Source of the DNA: Escherichia phage EJP2
DNA: 64,000 nucleotides
Strand: one strand, 5' to 3'
Sequence record: OQ411014.1
Below, in pieces: positions 36,280 through 45,285 of this stretch; position 1 is the stretch's first letter; each line of letters opens with the position of its first letter. The notes under the pieces are model-generated. The model searched no databases and had not been told where the DNA came from. It saw nothing but the letters and a program-made list of their open reading frames with translations. Both the position numbers and the translations under genes were made by a program.

Positions 36280-37200
36280 GTGCATAAAGCGATACAAGAA
36301 CTCAAAACTCGTACTAAGGTTGTTCTATTAGTAAGTTTTCTGTTGCTTGCCGCTGCTATTGGATTATATGGTTTATATCAAAATGATCGTACTACATCAT
36401 CGGGTTCAGAAGAATCAGTAGTACAAAATCAAATTCAAAAGCAACCAGTTACAACGTTACCAATGCAAAAGGCAACAGTACTGGAAAGCAGGAAGCAATA
36501 CGTAGTGCAAGCAGGTGATAGTTATTGGATCATCACTAATAAGATGAAACCTAATAACGTTGAACCACTTGAGTATATGGCAGTACTGAAGAAAGTGAAT
36601 AACAATGTTCAGTTACACACTGCTGTACCAATCTACGTGCCGAATGACAATGATTTGATGCATGTTACATTACCAGATGTGGTTGTCAAATTTGACGTAT
36701 ACGACGATATTGTCGTAAACCACATCAAGGAAGCAGAAGGTTCGAAGGAAGCACAGTCTAATAACAAGAGACGTCTTCTGGGTGGTAAAGTAGGTCCGTC
36801 ATTTAGTAAAAATCGTTTCTATCCTTACAAGGACACGAAAGGAAATTATACTATTGGGTACGGTCATTATATTGGTCCCAAAGAGTCCGAAGCGAGAAAG
36901 TATCGTTTTGGGTTGACCGAACGTGAAGCACACAAACTGTTGATTCAGGATATGAAAAAGACTCGTGAAGATTTCATATTGTTGCTGAAGCGTAAAAATG
37001 CAGTGAATCTAAGTGTTGAACAGCAACGTGTTTTATACGAAATGGCATTCAACATGGGCGTTGACAAACTGAGTACATTTGGTAAACTATGGAAAAGTGT
37101 AGAACGTCAAAATGAAAAGAAGTTCAAAAAAGAAATTGAGAACTCATTGTGGTACAGACAAGTAGGCAACCGTGCTGAAATGTTACTGAGTTCTCTATAA
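36280..37200 (+). CDS. endolysin: N-terminal TM/signal-anchor, LysM-like segment, T4-lysozyme-like (GH24) domain
   Basis: GTG start with aggagg RBS; YKDTKGNYTIGYGH parallels T4 lysozyme YKDTEGYYTIGIGH; WYRQVGNRAEM parallels WYNQTPNRAKR; YVVQAGDSYWII is LysM-like. Confidence 0.75.
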   Translation: MHKAIQELKTRTKVVLLVSFLLLAAAIGLYGLYQNDRTTSSGSEESVVQNQIQKQPVTTLPMQKATVLESRKQYVVQAGDSYWIITNKMKPNNVEPLEYMAVLKKVNNNVQLHTAVPIYVPNDNDLMHVTLPDVVVKFDVYDDIVVNHIKEAEGSKEAQSNNKRRLLGGKVGPSFSKNRFYPYKDTKGNYTIGYGHYIGPKESEARKYRFGLTEREAHKLLIQDMKKTREDFILLLKRKNAVNLSVEQQRVLYEMAFNMGVDKLSTFGKLWKSVERQNEKKFKKEIENSLWYRQVGNRAEMLLSSL

Positions 37201-37207
37201 CAGAGAG

Positions 37208-37549
37208 GTGTTATATATGCTAAATGTAAACGTTCAAGGTAATGTAGAAATCACTGACGCAATTCATGAACATATTCTGGCTGAAGCGGATCATCTAGAA
37301 AAGTACAGTACTGATAAAGTACTGGAACTTGATGTTCACGTGAAAAAAGAACACAAAACTCAATACACTGTAACAATCGTTGGTAACGGCAAATCCAGTA
37401 CTGCCAACGCTGCTGATTTATACAAAGCAATCACTGACTCCTTTGGTAAAATGGATAAAGTGCTTGGTAAAGATAAGAGTGTAAAAATCAGTCGCCGTAA
37501 CAATCCTGTTCATCCTGTTGAAATTGACTTGACAGAAGACGAAGAGTAA
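37208..37549 (+). CDS. hypothetical protein
   Basis: 113-aa ORF. Confidence 0.45.
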   Translation: MLYMLNVNVQGNVEITDAIHEHILAEADHLEKYSTDKVLELDVHVKKEHKTQYTVTIVGNGKSSTANAADLYKAITDSFGKMDKVLGKDKSVKISRRNNPVHPVEIDLTEDEE

Positions 37550-37560
37550 TACATAATACA

Positions 37561-37586
37561 AGGAAGCCATATGGCTTCCTTTTTTA
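37561..37586 (+). terminator. hairpin aggaagccat/atggcttcct followed by T6
   Basis: perfect 10-bp palindrome plus T-tract. Confidence 0.85.
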
Positions 37587-37590
37587 ATAT

Positions 37591-38139
37591 ATGGAGAACA
37601 CAATGAGTGAATTTACAAAGGTAATCAATAAGGTTCGTAGTTTCACTGCTGAAGATTGGCACAGAACCAAACATGGCTCGTGGGAATCTTTTGACAAATA
37701 TAGTTTTCGTTCAGCAGATTATGAAATTATGTCCGAAGATATGGAAGATTTTGTTCTAGGTGATAGTACTCCATATCGTGAAGTACTCCCACTAATCGGT
37801 CATGTTGTTTGGCACGCTGAAGAGATGTCATATAGTAAAGATCTGCACTCAATTCAAATTATTGTTGGGTCTTCTAAAAGGAAAGGTGATATCACACTAT
37901 ATGTGCGTAAAGATTTGGTGTATCTGGTAAATGACACATTACGATACACGGAAAATCCCGAAGACTGCCCTACAGAATCGCAGTACTTCCAAATCTTACT
38001 TGAACAACCTGAATTTCCTGACATGTCCTACGATGAGTTCAAATCTTTGTTCACACTGTATGATCATTTGAACGAGGTAATCACAAAAGGTAAAACAATG
38101 ACATTTGCTGGGAGTAGATATCATGATTACAATGCTTGA
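37591..38139 (+). CDS. hypothetical protein
   Basis: 182-aa ORF. Confidence 0.45.
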   Translation: MENTMSEFTKVINKVRSFTAEDWHRTKHGSWESFDKYSFRSADYEIMSEDMEDFVLGDSTPYREVLPLIGHVVWHAEEMSYSKDLHSIQIIVGSSKRKGDITLYVRKDLVYLVNDTLRYTENPEDCPTESQYFQILLEQPEFPDMSYDEFKSLFTLYDHLNEVITKGKTMTFAGSRYHDYNA

Positions 38140-38242
38140 AGAAGACTGGGGCGTAGGTGGGGATTACAATCCATTTGAACCTGAAGAAAAAGAAGAGTCC
38201 CCATCGTGGTGGGATTGGGTTCGTGGATTATTCGGGCGATAA
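38123..38242 (+). CDS. tiny Trp-rich ORF (39 aa)
   Basis: hand-translated MITMLEEDWGVGGDYNPFEPEEKEESPSWWDWVRGLFGR; fills the gap before the paralog array. Confidence 0.25.
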   Translation: MITMLEEDWGVGGDYNPFEPEEKEESPSWWDWVRGLFGR

Positions 38243-38243
38243 T

Positions 38244-38657
38244 ATGAAAATAGAACCTGAACGCATTGCTAAACTAAAACAACTCATGGAACATACGTTA
38301 GAACTTCCACGAGAAAATCTAACATCATTCACAACCAAACCTTGGTGTACAGGTTGGTGGGTTAGTGATTATGTTTATGCTGATTATGACCACAACGAGC
38401 TAATGATTTGTGTACTGAAAAGTGACGTGGTGTGGGGACAGACTGGTAAGTTATACATAAGTTCAAATCACGTTCAATTGATAAAAACTGCACCACCGTT
38501 TACACTTAGCGTTCCGAGAATCAGTACTGAAGAAGAGTATTTTCAACAGTCAACACTTCATGATTTGACAAATTTGGACTTGGATTTCTTTTTGACTTGT
38601 AATAAACTCTATTCACTATGTTGCAGTTTACACACGATTGGGGATACAGATGTATAG
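38244..38657 (+). CDS. paralog-array protein 1 (conserved C-terminal STEEE...LDFF motif)
   Basis: start at ATG 38244; C-terminus ISTEEEYFQQSTLHDLTNLDLDFFLTCNKLY. Confidence 0.5.
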   Translation: MKIEPERIAKLKQLMEHTLELPRENLTSFTTKPWCTGWWVSDYVYADYDHNELMICVLKSDVVWGQTGKLYISSNHVQLIKTAPPFTLSVPRISTEEEYFQQSTLHDLTNLDLDFFLTCNKLYSLCCSLHTIGDTDV

Positions 38658-39042
38658 TCGTATGCTAAAAGAACTGAATGAACTTCTGGTGAATGTATTG
38701 GGATGGCCTGCTGATAATTACAGATACATCAGAGAACGTGATTTAGGAACCATCAGAGATTGCTGGGTGAATAAATTCACATTCGCAGAAGATAATTGTG
38801 GTGATGTTTCGGTATCTTTGTCTAAATGTTCGGATATTGATTTTTGTTACATCAAGATATTGGAAGATGCAGTGGAGTTCCGAAAAGGATTGTCTACGAT
38901 TTGGAGTTACCCACGATTGAGTACTGAAGAAGAGTTTTTTCAATTATCAGTACTGCATGATACATCTGGCTTGGATTTGGACTTCTTTTTGAATTGCACT
39001 AAACTATACAACCTGGGCAAAATTGCACTAATAGAGGGATAA
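38650..39042 (+). CDS. paralog-array protein 2
   Basis: C-terminus LSTEEEFFQLSVLHDTSGLDLDFFLNCTKLY; start overlaps upstream stop. Confidence 0.5.
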   Translation: MYSRMLKELNELLVNVLGWPADNYRYIRERDLGTIRDCWVNKFTFAEDNCGDVSVSLSKCSDIDFCYIKILEDAVEFRKGLSTIWSYPRLSTEEEFFQLSVLHDTSGLDLDFFLNCTKLYNLGKIALIEG

Positions 39043-39043
39043 C

Positions 39044-39454
39044 ATGGCTATGAATCCAAATAAAGTAGTACAGCTAAGAGATTTACTACCGTACATTTTA
39101 GAACTTCCTGAGAAAGCACATAAACGATTGTCCTTCCGATATGAAGTTGGTGGTGGGTGGATCAATGACTTTGTGAATGTATTTTTCATCAATGACAAGC
39201 TCACAGTTTCCGTGACTGCTGATGTGGAGTTTAAAACTGGTTACTTCACTATAAGCGAAAATACAGTTGAATATTACACTTCCAATAAAGGTGGTGCGAA
39301 ACCGGAAATAACGTACAAACTTGTCAGTACTGAAGAAGAGCATTTCCAGGAGTCACTAATTCATGATTTAACACTTTTAGATCTGGACTTCTTCCTGAAC
39401 TGTGCTAAAATATACGCACTATGTGATGATTTGATCACGATTGATTATTATTGA
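39044..39454 (+). CDS. paralog-array protein 3
   Basis: C-terminus VSTEEEHFQESLIHDLTLLDLDFFLNCAKIY. Confidence 0.5.
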   Translation: MAMNPNKVVQLRDLLPYILELPEKAHKRLSFRYEVGGGWINDFVNVFFINDKLTVSVTADVEFKTGYFTISENTVEYYTSNKGGAKPEITYKLVSTEEEHFQESLIHDLTLLDLDFFLNCAKIYALCDDLITIDYY

Positions 39455-39462
39455 GGATTATA

Positions 39463-39864
39463 ATGTACAATAGTGTAATGATGCAGCATTTCACTACAAT
39501 GATTGGTGCTGCCATGAATAGTCCTAAACTGAAAACGTTACGCATCATTGATGGTGCGTGCTGGATTACAGAAAATGCTTTTATCTGGATGCATGAGAGT
39601 CGTGATAAATTAACTATCACAATAAAGCCATCATTTAGTTTAGAAGAGATACTACAACATAGTAGTATTGATATCAAACATGATAGTATAGATATTCGTA
39701 ACTCCCATAACCCAAAAGGTATTAATATCCCACGTATTAGTACTGAAGAAGAGTACTTTCAACAAAGTACTATTCATGATTTATCAAATTTCAACCTTGA
39801 TTTTTTCAAACAATGTGCAGTACTGTTCGATAAAACATGGGATCAACTTACATGGTGTAAGTAG
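39463..39864 (+). CDS. paralog-array protein 4
   Basis: C-terminus ISTEEEYFQQSTIHDLSNFNLDFFKQCAVLF; gagga RBS. Confidence 0.5.
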   Translation: MYNSVMMQHFTTMIGAAMNSPKLKTLRIIDGACWITENAFIWMHESRDKLTITIKPSFSLEEILQHSSIDIKHDSIDIRNSHNPKGINIPRISTEEEYFQQSTIHDLSNFNLDFFKQCAVLFDKTWDQLTWCK

Positions 39865-39891
39865 TATTTTACATTATTATGAGGAACTAAA

Positions 39892-41001
39892 ATGAAAAAG
39901 TATTTGGTTGGTGGTTTTGTACGCGATAAGCTACTTGGCTTACGTCCTAAAGACAAAGATTATGTCTTGGTAGGAGCGACCCCGCGTGATATTCAGTACT
40001 TAAAAAGTATTGGATATGAGCAGGTTGGTGCAGACTTCCCTGTGTTCTTGGATAAGGACGGCAATGAGCACGCACTTGCCCGTACTGAACGCAAGGTGTC
40101 TGATGGCTATAATGGCTTTGAAGTGAATACACAAGGTGTAACGCTTCAGGAAGACTTGTATCGTCGTGATTTGACCATCAATGCGATTGCCTTTGACCCA
40201 CAGTTAAAGGTACACGTAGACCCATATGGTGGCAAAGAAGACCTAAAGAACAAAGTACTGCGACATGTATCTGAACATTTTGAAGAAGATCCAGTACGTA
40301 TTCTGCGTATCGCTCGTTTCAGTGCACGTTATTCGGACTTTACAGTACATGAAAGTACTGAATCGTTGATTCGCCGTATGATCAATCGTGGCGATATTTC
40401 TGAATTGACTAAAGAGCGAGTGTACGTAGAATTCGAGAAAGCATTCTCCGAAGAAGAGCCAGTTATCTTCCTGGAGAAGCTATCCAAATGGGGAGCCATG
40501 AGTAAGTTGATTCCTGGTAATCCTGAAAGTACTTACAAGACTATTGAATACATTAGTTCCAATTGTACTTTAGCGTATAAGGATTTTTACTTGTGGGCTG
40601 AACTAATTGGTTCTAATGAAGTACAAAAAGATGGAGTCTTTGGTCAGGTCAAGCTACCATCGCGTTACTCTAAGTTCAGTGCGTATGTATGCAAGCACGC
40701 GGATAGTATCAAGAATTTCCGTAAGAGCACCCCAGAAGAAATGGTAAATATTCTTACTGAGATGAGCGTAAAGAACAACGGTGGTGAAGAGTACTTGTAC
40801 AAAGTACTGGAATACTTTATCCTACGTAAAGAGATTGATTTGGACTTAGAAGATTTGATTATTCGAGTTTATGATCGCTTTGAGAATACGGTCATTGGTA
40901 ATATTGATCAGATGCTTAAAGATGGAACTATCACTTCACGTGAAATTCCTTCTTTTGTGAAAGAGAAGCGAATCGCTGAGGTGGAAAAAATCTTCAAATA
41001 A
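39892..41001 (+). CDS. CCA-adding tRNA nucleotidyltransferase / poly(A) polymerase family
   Basis: GGFVRDKLLG, DKDYV and RRDLTINA head-domain motifs; 369 aa. Confidence 0.8.
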   Translation: MKKYLVGGFVRDKLLGLRPKDKDYVLVGATPRDIQYLKSIGYEQVGADFPVFLDKDGNEHALARTERKVSDGYNGFEVNTQGVTLQEDLYRRDLTINAIAFDPQLKVHVDPYGGKEDLKNKVLRHVSEHFEEDPVRILRIARFSARYSDFTVHESTESLIRRMINRGDISELTKERVYVEFEKAFSEEEPVIFLEKLSKWGAMSKLIPGNPESTYKTIEYISSNCTLAYKDFYLWAELIGSNEVQKDGVFGQVKLPSRYSKFSAYVCKHADSIKNFRKSTPEEMVNILTEMSVKNNGGEEYLYKVLEYFILRKEIDLDLEDLIIRVYDRFENTVIGNIDQMLKDGTITSREIPSFVKEKRIAEVEKIFK

Positions 41002-41002
41002 A

Positions 41003-41032
41003 TTGAGATATTTTCGAAAAAAGTGATATATT
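41003..41032 (+). promoter_or_regulatory. sigma70-like promoter TTGAGA-N18-TATATT with TGA
   Basis: same architecture as the family, weaker -10. Confidence 0.4.
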
Positions 41033-41064
41033 ATAAGTATCTGAGATATGTAAGAGATAAAAAT

Positions 41065-41742
41065 ATGCGATATACATGCGGGATAATATTTTATCGAAAC
41101 GGTCAGATACTTGTAGGTCACACGACTGGTCAGAGTCATTGGGATTTACCGAAAGGTAAGACTGAAGGTTCTGAGACATTCAAGGAAGCGGCAGTTCGTG
41201 AATGCTATGAAGAAACTGGATACAGTATTGATGAACGAGATTTACTGTACTTAGGTGATGTATCATACAGAAAGGGAAAGCGTTTAGTACTGTTCTTTTA
41301 CACAGCCAAGACGAAACCAATTGCTGAAGAGTTGCAATGTATCAGTACTTACACGAATAAGTACGGTATTGTACGTCCAGAGTTGGACAAATTCAAGTAC
41401 ATAGACATTGAGGACTGTGAACTCTACTTGACTGAACGGATGTGTGATAGTATAATCAAAGCTATTACACAATTTGATAAAAAGACAAATAAAAAGGAAG
41501 ATAATATGAAAGTTGTAATTTATGGTCGTAAAGCTGGTTGTAAGTGGTGTACTACTGCTAAAGAAGTTTGTGAAACTAACTCAATTGATTTTGATTTCAT
41601 TGATTTAGATGAAGCTGGTATTGATGGTGCTAAACTCGCTGAAATTTGTGGCACTCCAGTACGTACTGTTCCACAAATTTTCGTTGACGATCAACACATT
41701 GGTGGTTGTACTGAGTTTATTTCGCACCTATCCAAAATGTAA
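41065..41742 (+). CDS. Nudix hydrolase fused in frame to a glutaredoxin/NrdH-like domain
   Basis: perfect Nudix box GKTEGSETFKEAAVRECYEETG; C-terminal MKVVIYGRKAGCKWC (CxxC) preceded by internal RBS aggaag at 41494 and ATG 41506, no stop between the domains. Confidence 0.6.
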   Translation: MRYTCGIIFYRNGQILVGHTTGQSHWDLPKGKTEGSETFKEAAVRECYEETGYSIDERDLLYLGDVSYRKGKRLVLFFYTAKTKPIAEELQCISTYTNKYGIVRPELDKFKYIDIEDCELYLTERMCDSIIKAITQFDKKTNKKEDNMKVVIYGRKAGCKWCTTAKEVCETNSIDFDFIDLDEAGIDGAKLAEICGTPVRTVPQIFVDDQHIGGCTEFISHLSKM

Positions 41743-41750
41743 GGTTTCAA

Positions 41751-42002
41751 ATGTCAAGTCTTCAAGAATTCCATAACAAAAGTTCTGCACAAGCCCAGCG
41801 ACTTGCTAAACATTTTGGTGTAGAACTCAAGATGCCGGATTTAGCAGAAATAGAAGCGAAAGCAAAGCATCGCATCATGTTGATGGAGAAGTATCATGAG
41901 CAGAAAGATATGTACGATGCAGCGATTCATAAACTGCTTGACATTGTACCTGCTGATGTATTACAATCTATCATATCGAAACTGCTAAATTCTTCGAAAT
42001 AA
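41751..42002 (+). CDS. hypothetical protein
   Basis: 83-aa ORF. Confidence 0.4.
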   Translation: MSSLQEFHNKSSAQAQRLAKHFGVELKMPDLAEIEAKAKHRIMLMEKYHEQKDMYDAAIHKLLDIVPADVLQSIISKLLNSSK

Positions 42003-42008
42003 ATAACA

Positions 42009-42299
42009 ATGAAGGGTAACAAATCCTTCGTTATGAAATTTGGGAGAAATACTATGACTAGTTTCCGTGAACAATTGGCTCAAGGTAAATTCGAGAGCAA
42101 AACATCCAGTACTAACATTCCTAAGAAAAGTGCTTTTCTGGGAACAATTACTGAAGATGGTTATTGTGATTACAACGTGCCAGAAGACTCTTGGTATGTT
42201 AGTAAGGACATGAAACGCAGTATTCGCTTACACCAAAGTACGGTTGCGAGAAAACAACGTAAGGAACTTCGTCGTTTATTGACGGGTTCTGAAGACTAA
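42009..42299 (+). CDS. hypothetical basic protein
   Basis: 96-aa ORF, start uncertain (42009/42033/42054). Confidence 0.4.
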   Translation: MKGNKSFVMKFGRNTMTSFREQLAQGKFESKTSSTNIPKKSAFLGTITEDGYCDYNVPEDSWYVSKDMKRSIRLHQSTVARKQRKELRRLLTGSED

Positions 42300-42309
42300 T
42301 AATTTAAAA

Positions 42310-42336
42310 GGACTCCTAAATCAAGAGTCCTTTTTT
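42310..42336 (+). terminator. hairpin ggactc/gagtcc followed by T6
   Basis: 6-bp stem, 9-nt loop, T-tract. Confidence 0.7.
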
Positions 42337-42350
42337 CATCGAGATAAAAT

Positions 42351-42851
42351 ATGAATAACATCACACATCACGTAGGAAATCTTTTCAACTTATATAAAGA
42401 AGTAGGTGAAGAGAATAACAGTACTGATAGTGAAGTAATGAACGTTATTATTCATGGTTGTAACGCACAAGGTCGTATGGGTTCTGGTTTTGCTAAAGAA
42501 TTACGTGCACGTTTTCCTGGTGCTTATAACGAATATAAAAAACAGTACGAAAGTACTGGACTTCAGTTAGGAAAGAACGTATACTACTTACCACATGATG
42601 AAAACACCCTTATCGTAAATGCTATCACTCAAGAGTATTACGGATATGATGGTAAGAAGTACGTTAGTTATGACGCAATTGATGATTGTATGATTGAACT
42701 AAATACTCTACTTTCTGGAATGGATGGAAATATCCAAATTCACTTCCCAAAAATCGGAGCCGATTTAGGTGGTGGTAATTGGGAAGTAATCAAAAGTATC
42801 ATTGAAACACGGGTAATCTTTGGTACTAAGCATCTATATACCCTAGTATAA
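42351..42851 (+). CDS. macro-domain protein (ADP-ribose binding/processing)
   Basis: VIIHGCNAQGRMGSGFA and IHFPKIGADLGGG resemble the two macro-domain glycine-rich motifs; 166 aa. Confidence 0.6.
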   Translation: MNNITHHVGNLFNLYKEVGEENNSTDSEVMNVIIHGCNAQGRMGSGFAKELRARFPGAYNEYKKQYESTGLQLGKNVYYLPHDENTLIVNAITQEYYGYDGKKYVSYDAIDDCMIELNTLLSGMDGNIQIHFPKIGADLGGGNWEVIKSIIETRVIFGTKHLYTLV

Positions 42852-42873
42852 TTTTATCAATAACTTCAAAGGA

Positions 42874-43215
42874 ATGAACAACATGGCTACTGAAAAAGCA
42901 CAAATCGTCGTAAAACTACTACACATTGCAGGTCAAGGTCCAGTACTAGCAGTACTACAAGGTGAAACCAACGATTCCCTAATCACCATGCATCCAGCAC
43001 AACTTGGTCAAGATGAGAATGGCGATATTCAAATCCTATCCTATCTTGGTGGTCTAGTTGCTGAAGATGCACCAGTAGTATTCATGAAGTCTAACATTGT
43101 TGCGGTATGTGAAGTTGAACCGACTCTAGGTAAAGAATACGTTTCTGCTGTAGAAGCATTGACAAAATCCTCTGTTGGTGTTATTATGCCTCCAGAAAAG
43201 AAAATCATTCTATAA
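42874..43215 (+). CDS. hypothetical protein
   Basis: 113-aa ORF. Confidence 0.45.
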   Translation: MNNMATEKAQIVVKLLHIAGQGPVLAVLQGETNDSLITMHPAQLGQDENGDIQILSYLGGLVAEDAPVVFMKSNIVAVCEVEPTLGKEYVSAVEALTKSSVGVIMPPEKKIIL

Positions 43216-43234
43216 GACAAAATAAGGTACTAAT

Positions 43235-43621
43235 ATGATCCGTAAAGAAGACACCAAACCAGTTGTAACTTTCCAAGCAATCGTAGTACTGAAAGGTACT
43301 GCACCAGAAGTCATTGCAGCAGAGTTAGTAATGGCAGGGATGACTACTCTACATCAGTACAATCCAAAGTCCAATTCATTTGTAGGTAATTATGAAGCGG
43401 GTGAATTCACTAAACATTGGGATTCATGGGTAAAAGACAATGACTTGCGTCAAGCTGTGTACTTTGCGGATAATATTGACCAGCTAAACGAAGTATCGTA
43501 TTTGGCAGAACTAGAAAGCGTTCCAATGAACGCATTCGATGAAGATAGTAGTGTTCTAGTACTGGGACCGTTCAGTGGAGAACGTATTGACTATCTGACC
43601 ACGAACTTCACTAAAGCATAA
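43235..43621 (+). CDS. hypothetical protein
   Basis: 128-aa ORF. Confidence 0.45.
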   Translation: MIRKEDTKPVVTFQAIVVLKGTAPEVIAAELVMAGMTTLHQYNPKSNSFVGNYEAGEFTKHWDSWVKDNDLRQAVYFADNIDQLNEVSYLAELESVPMNAFDEDSSVLVLGPFSGERIDYLTTNFTKA

Positions 43622-43682
43622 TAAAATAAAAAAGCATCTCTAAATACAGTAACAGTAAACGTTACTTATGAAGAGGTGCTTT

Positions 43683-44468
43683 ATGGCATATGATTATCAG
43701 GGCAACCCAGAAGCCCCAAATTACGACCACAGAGAAAAATTAAAAGATGTAATTACTACACGTCTAGGAGCTGGGGCAGTAGAAGTAGAAATTACTGATG
43801 ACCAGTTAGAGTTAGCTATTGACATGGCAGTAGAGAACTACAGAGCGTGGTCAGGCAATTCCAAAGAAGAATCATTCTTGCATATGAAACTATTCCCATC
43901 TGAATCAGTCTATGTGTTACCAACAGAAGTTGAAATCGTTCGCAGAATTTACCGCAGGGGTAATGGTGTAGTATCAGGAAACAGTAGTACTGTTGACCCA
44001 TTTAGTCTTGCTTATAGCAATACTTATCTATTATCGGCAGTTCGTGGTAGTACTGGTGGTGGTCTATTAACTTATGACTTGTATCACCAATTTGATGAAA
44101 CTGTAGCACGTCTATTCGGTCGTGAGATTATATTCCAATGGAACCCAGTTAACAAAAAACTAATTATTGATCGTGACATTCGTGGTGAAGAAGATGTACT
44201 ATTACATGTGTACCAAAACGTACCAGAGCCAATGCTATTCAAACAGCAAATGACTTATCCTTGGTTGCGTGATTGGGCTATGTCTGAAGCGATGCTAATG
44301 TTAGGTCGTAACCGTTCTAAATTTGCTACCCTTCCAGGGCCACAAGGTACATTCAGTATGGATGGTAATGAACTTCGCCAGGAAGCAATGGCAATGCAAG
44401 AGAAATTAGAGCAACAAATCCGTAATTACAGAGATGGTTCAATGCCATTATCTTTCATTATTGGATAA
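43683..44468 (+). CDS. putative virion structural protein (neck/tail-completion-like by position)
   Basis: start at ATG 43683 (aagagg RBS); lies two genes upstream of the sheath gene; no motif recognised. Confidence 0.35.
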   Translation: MAYDYQGNPEAPNYDHREKLKDVITTRLGAGAVEVEITDDQLELAIDMAVENYRAWSGNSKEESFLHMKLFPSESVYVLPTEVEIVRRIYRRGNGVVSGNSSTVDPFSLAYSNTYLLSAVRGSTGGGLLTYDLYHQFDETVARLFGREIIFQWNPVNKKLIIDRDIRGEEDVLLHVYQNVPEPMLFKQQMTYPWLRDWAMSEAMLMLGRNRSKFATLPGPQGTFSMDGNELRQEAMAMQEKLEQQIRNYRDGSMPLSFIIG

Positions 44469-44557
44469 AGTACTTTTACAGTACTGAAGTTTCAATACAA
44501 TACTAGAGATGCACTATAATGGTGTCATCTCTTTTCTTTTATATAAAGGAGTTATAT

Positions 44558-45202
44558 ATGGCACGGAAGATTGTAGCTATCAATGGGACAATTGGTTCAG
44601 GTAAGGACACATTTAGTGAAGAGTTTATTCAAGCTGGGTGGCATCGAATGTCATTTGCTTCTACACTAAAGGATGCTGTAGCAGTTATCTTTGGTTGGGA
44701 TCGTGAAATGTTAGAAGGTAATACTAAGGAAGCCCGTGTAATTCGTGAAACACGCGATGAGTACTGGAGTGTAAAACTCGGTCGTGAAGTTACTCCACGC
44801 TGGGTACTTCAAAACTTCGGTACTGATGTTGTTCGTACTCATTTTCATGATAATACGTGGGTATTTTCATTAGAAAACCAGATGCGTAAAATTGAAGGTA
44901 ATATTATTATTACTGACTGTCGTTTCCCGAATGAAATTCAGATGCTTCAAGAGAACGATGCAGTACTAATTGAAGTTCAACGTAACACTCCAGAATGGTA
45001 TGGTAAAGCATATGCATACAATTCAATTATAGATTCTGGTGCTTCTGCTGAAATACCTTCAGTACTGCAAGATATTCATCGTTCTGAATGGGCGTGGATT
45101 GGTCGTAATAAGAACAGAATTTTAGTAGAGAATAGTGGTACAATTGAAGAGCTACATAAGCAAGCTAGTTGGATTCGTCACGGTATAGAGGACTCTAAGT
45201 AG
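44558..45202 (+). CDS. deoxynucleoside monophosphate kinase (T4 gene 1-like)
   Basis: ATG 44558 with aaaggag RBS; GTIGSGKDT and ASTLKDAV parallel T4 dNMP kinase GVKRSGKDT and AGPIKDAL as recalled. Confidence 0.6.
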   Translation: MARKIVAINGTIGSGKDTFSEEFIQAGWHRMSFASTLKDAVAVIFGWDREMLEGNTKEARVIRETRDEYWSVKLGREVTPRWVLQNFGTDVVRTHFHDNTWVFSLENQMRKIEGNIIITDCRFPNEIQMLQENDAVLIEVQRNTPEWYGKAYAYNSIIDSGASAEIPSVLQDIHRSEWAWIGRNKNRILVENSGTIEELHKQASWIRHGIEDSK

Positions 45203-45285
45203 TCCCTTTCAGTACATTAGATTTAATCCTCCAATAAATAACATTATACGAATATTCTATAATACCAATTTTTTGGAGGATTAAA

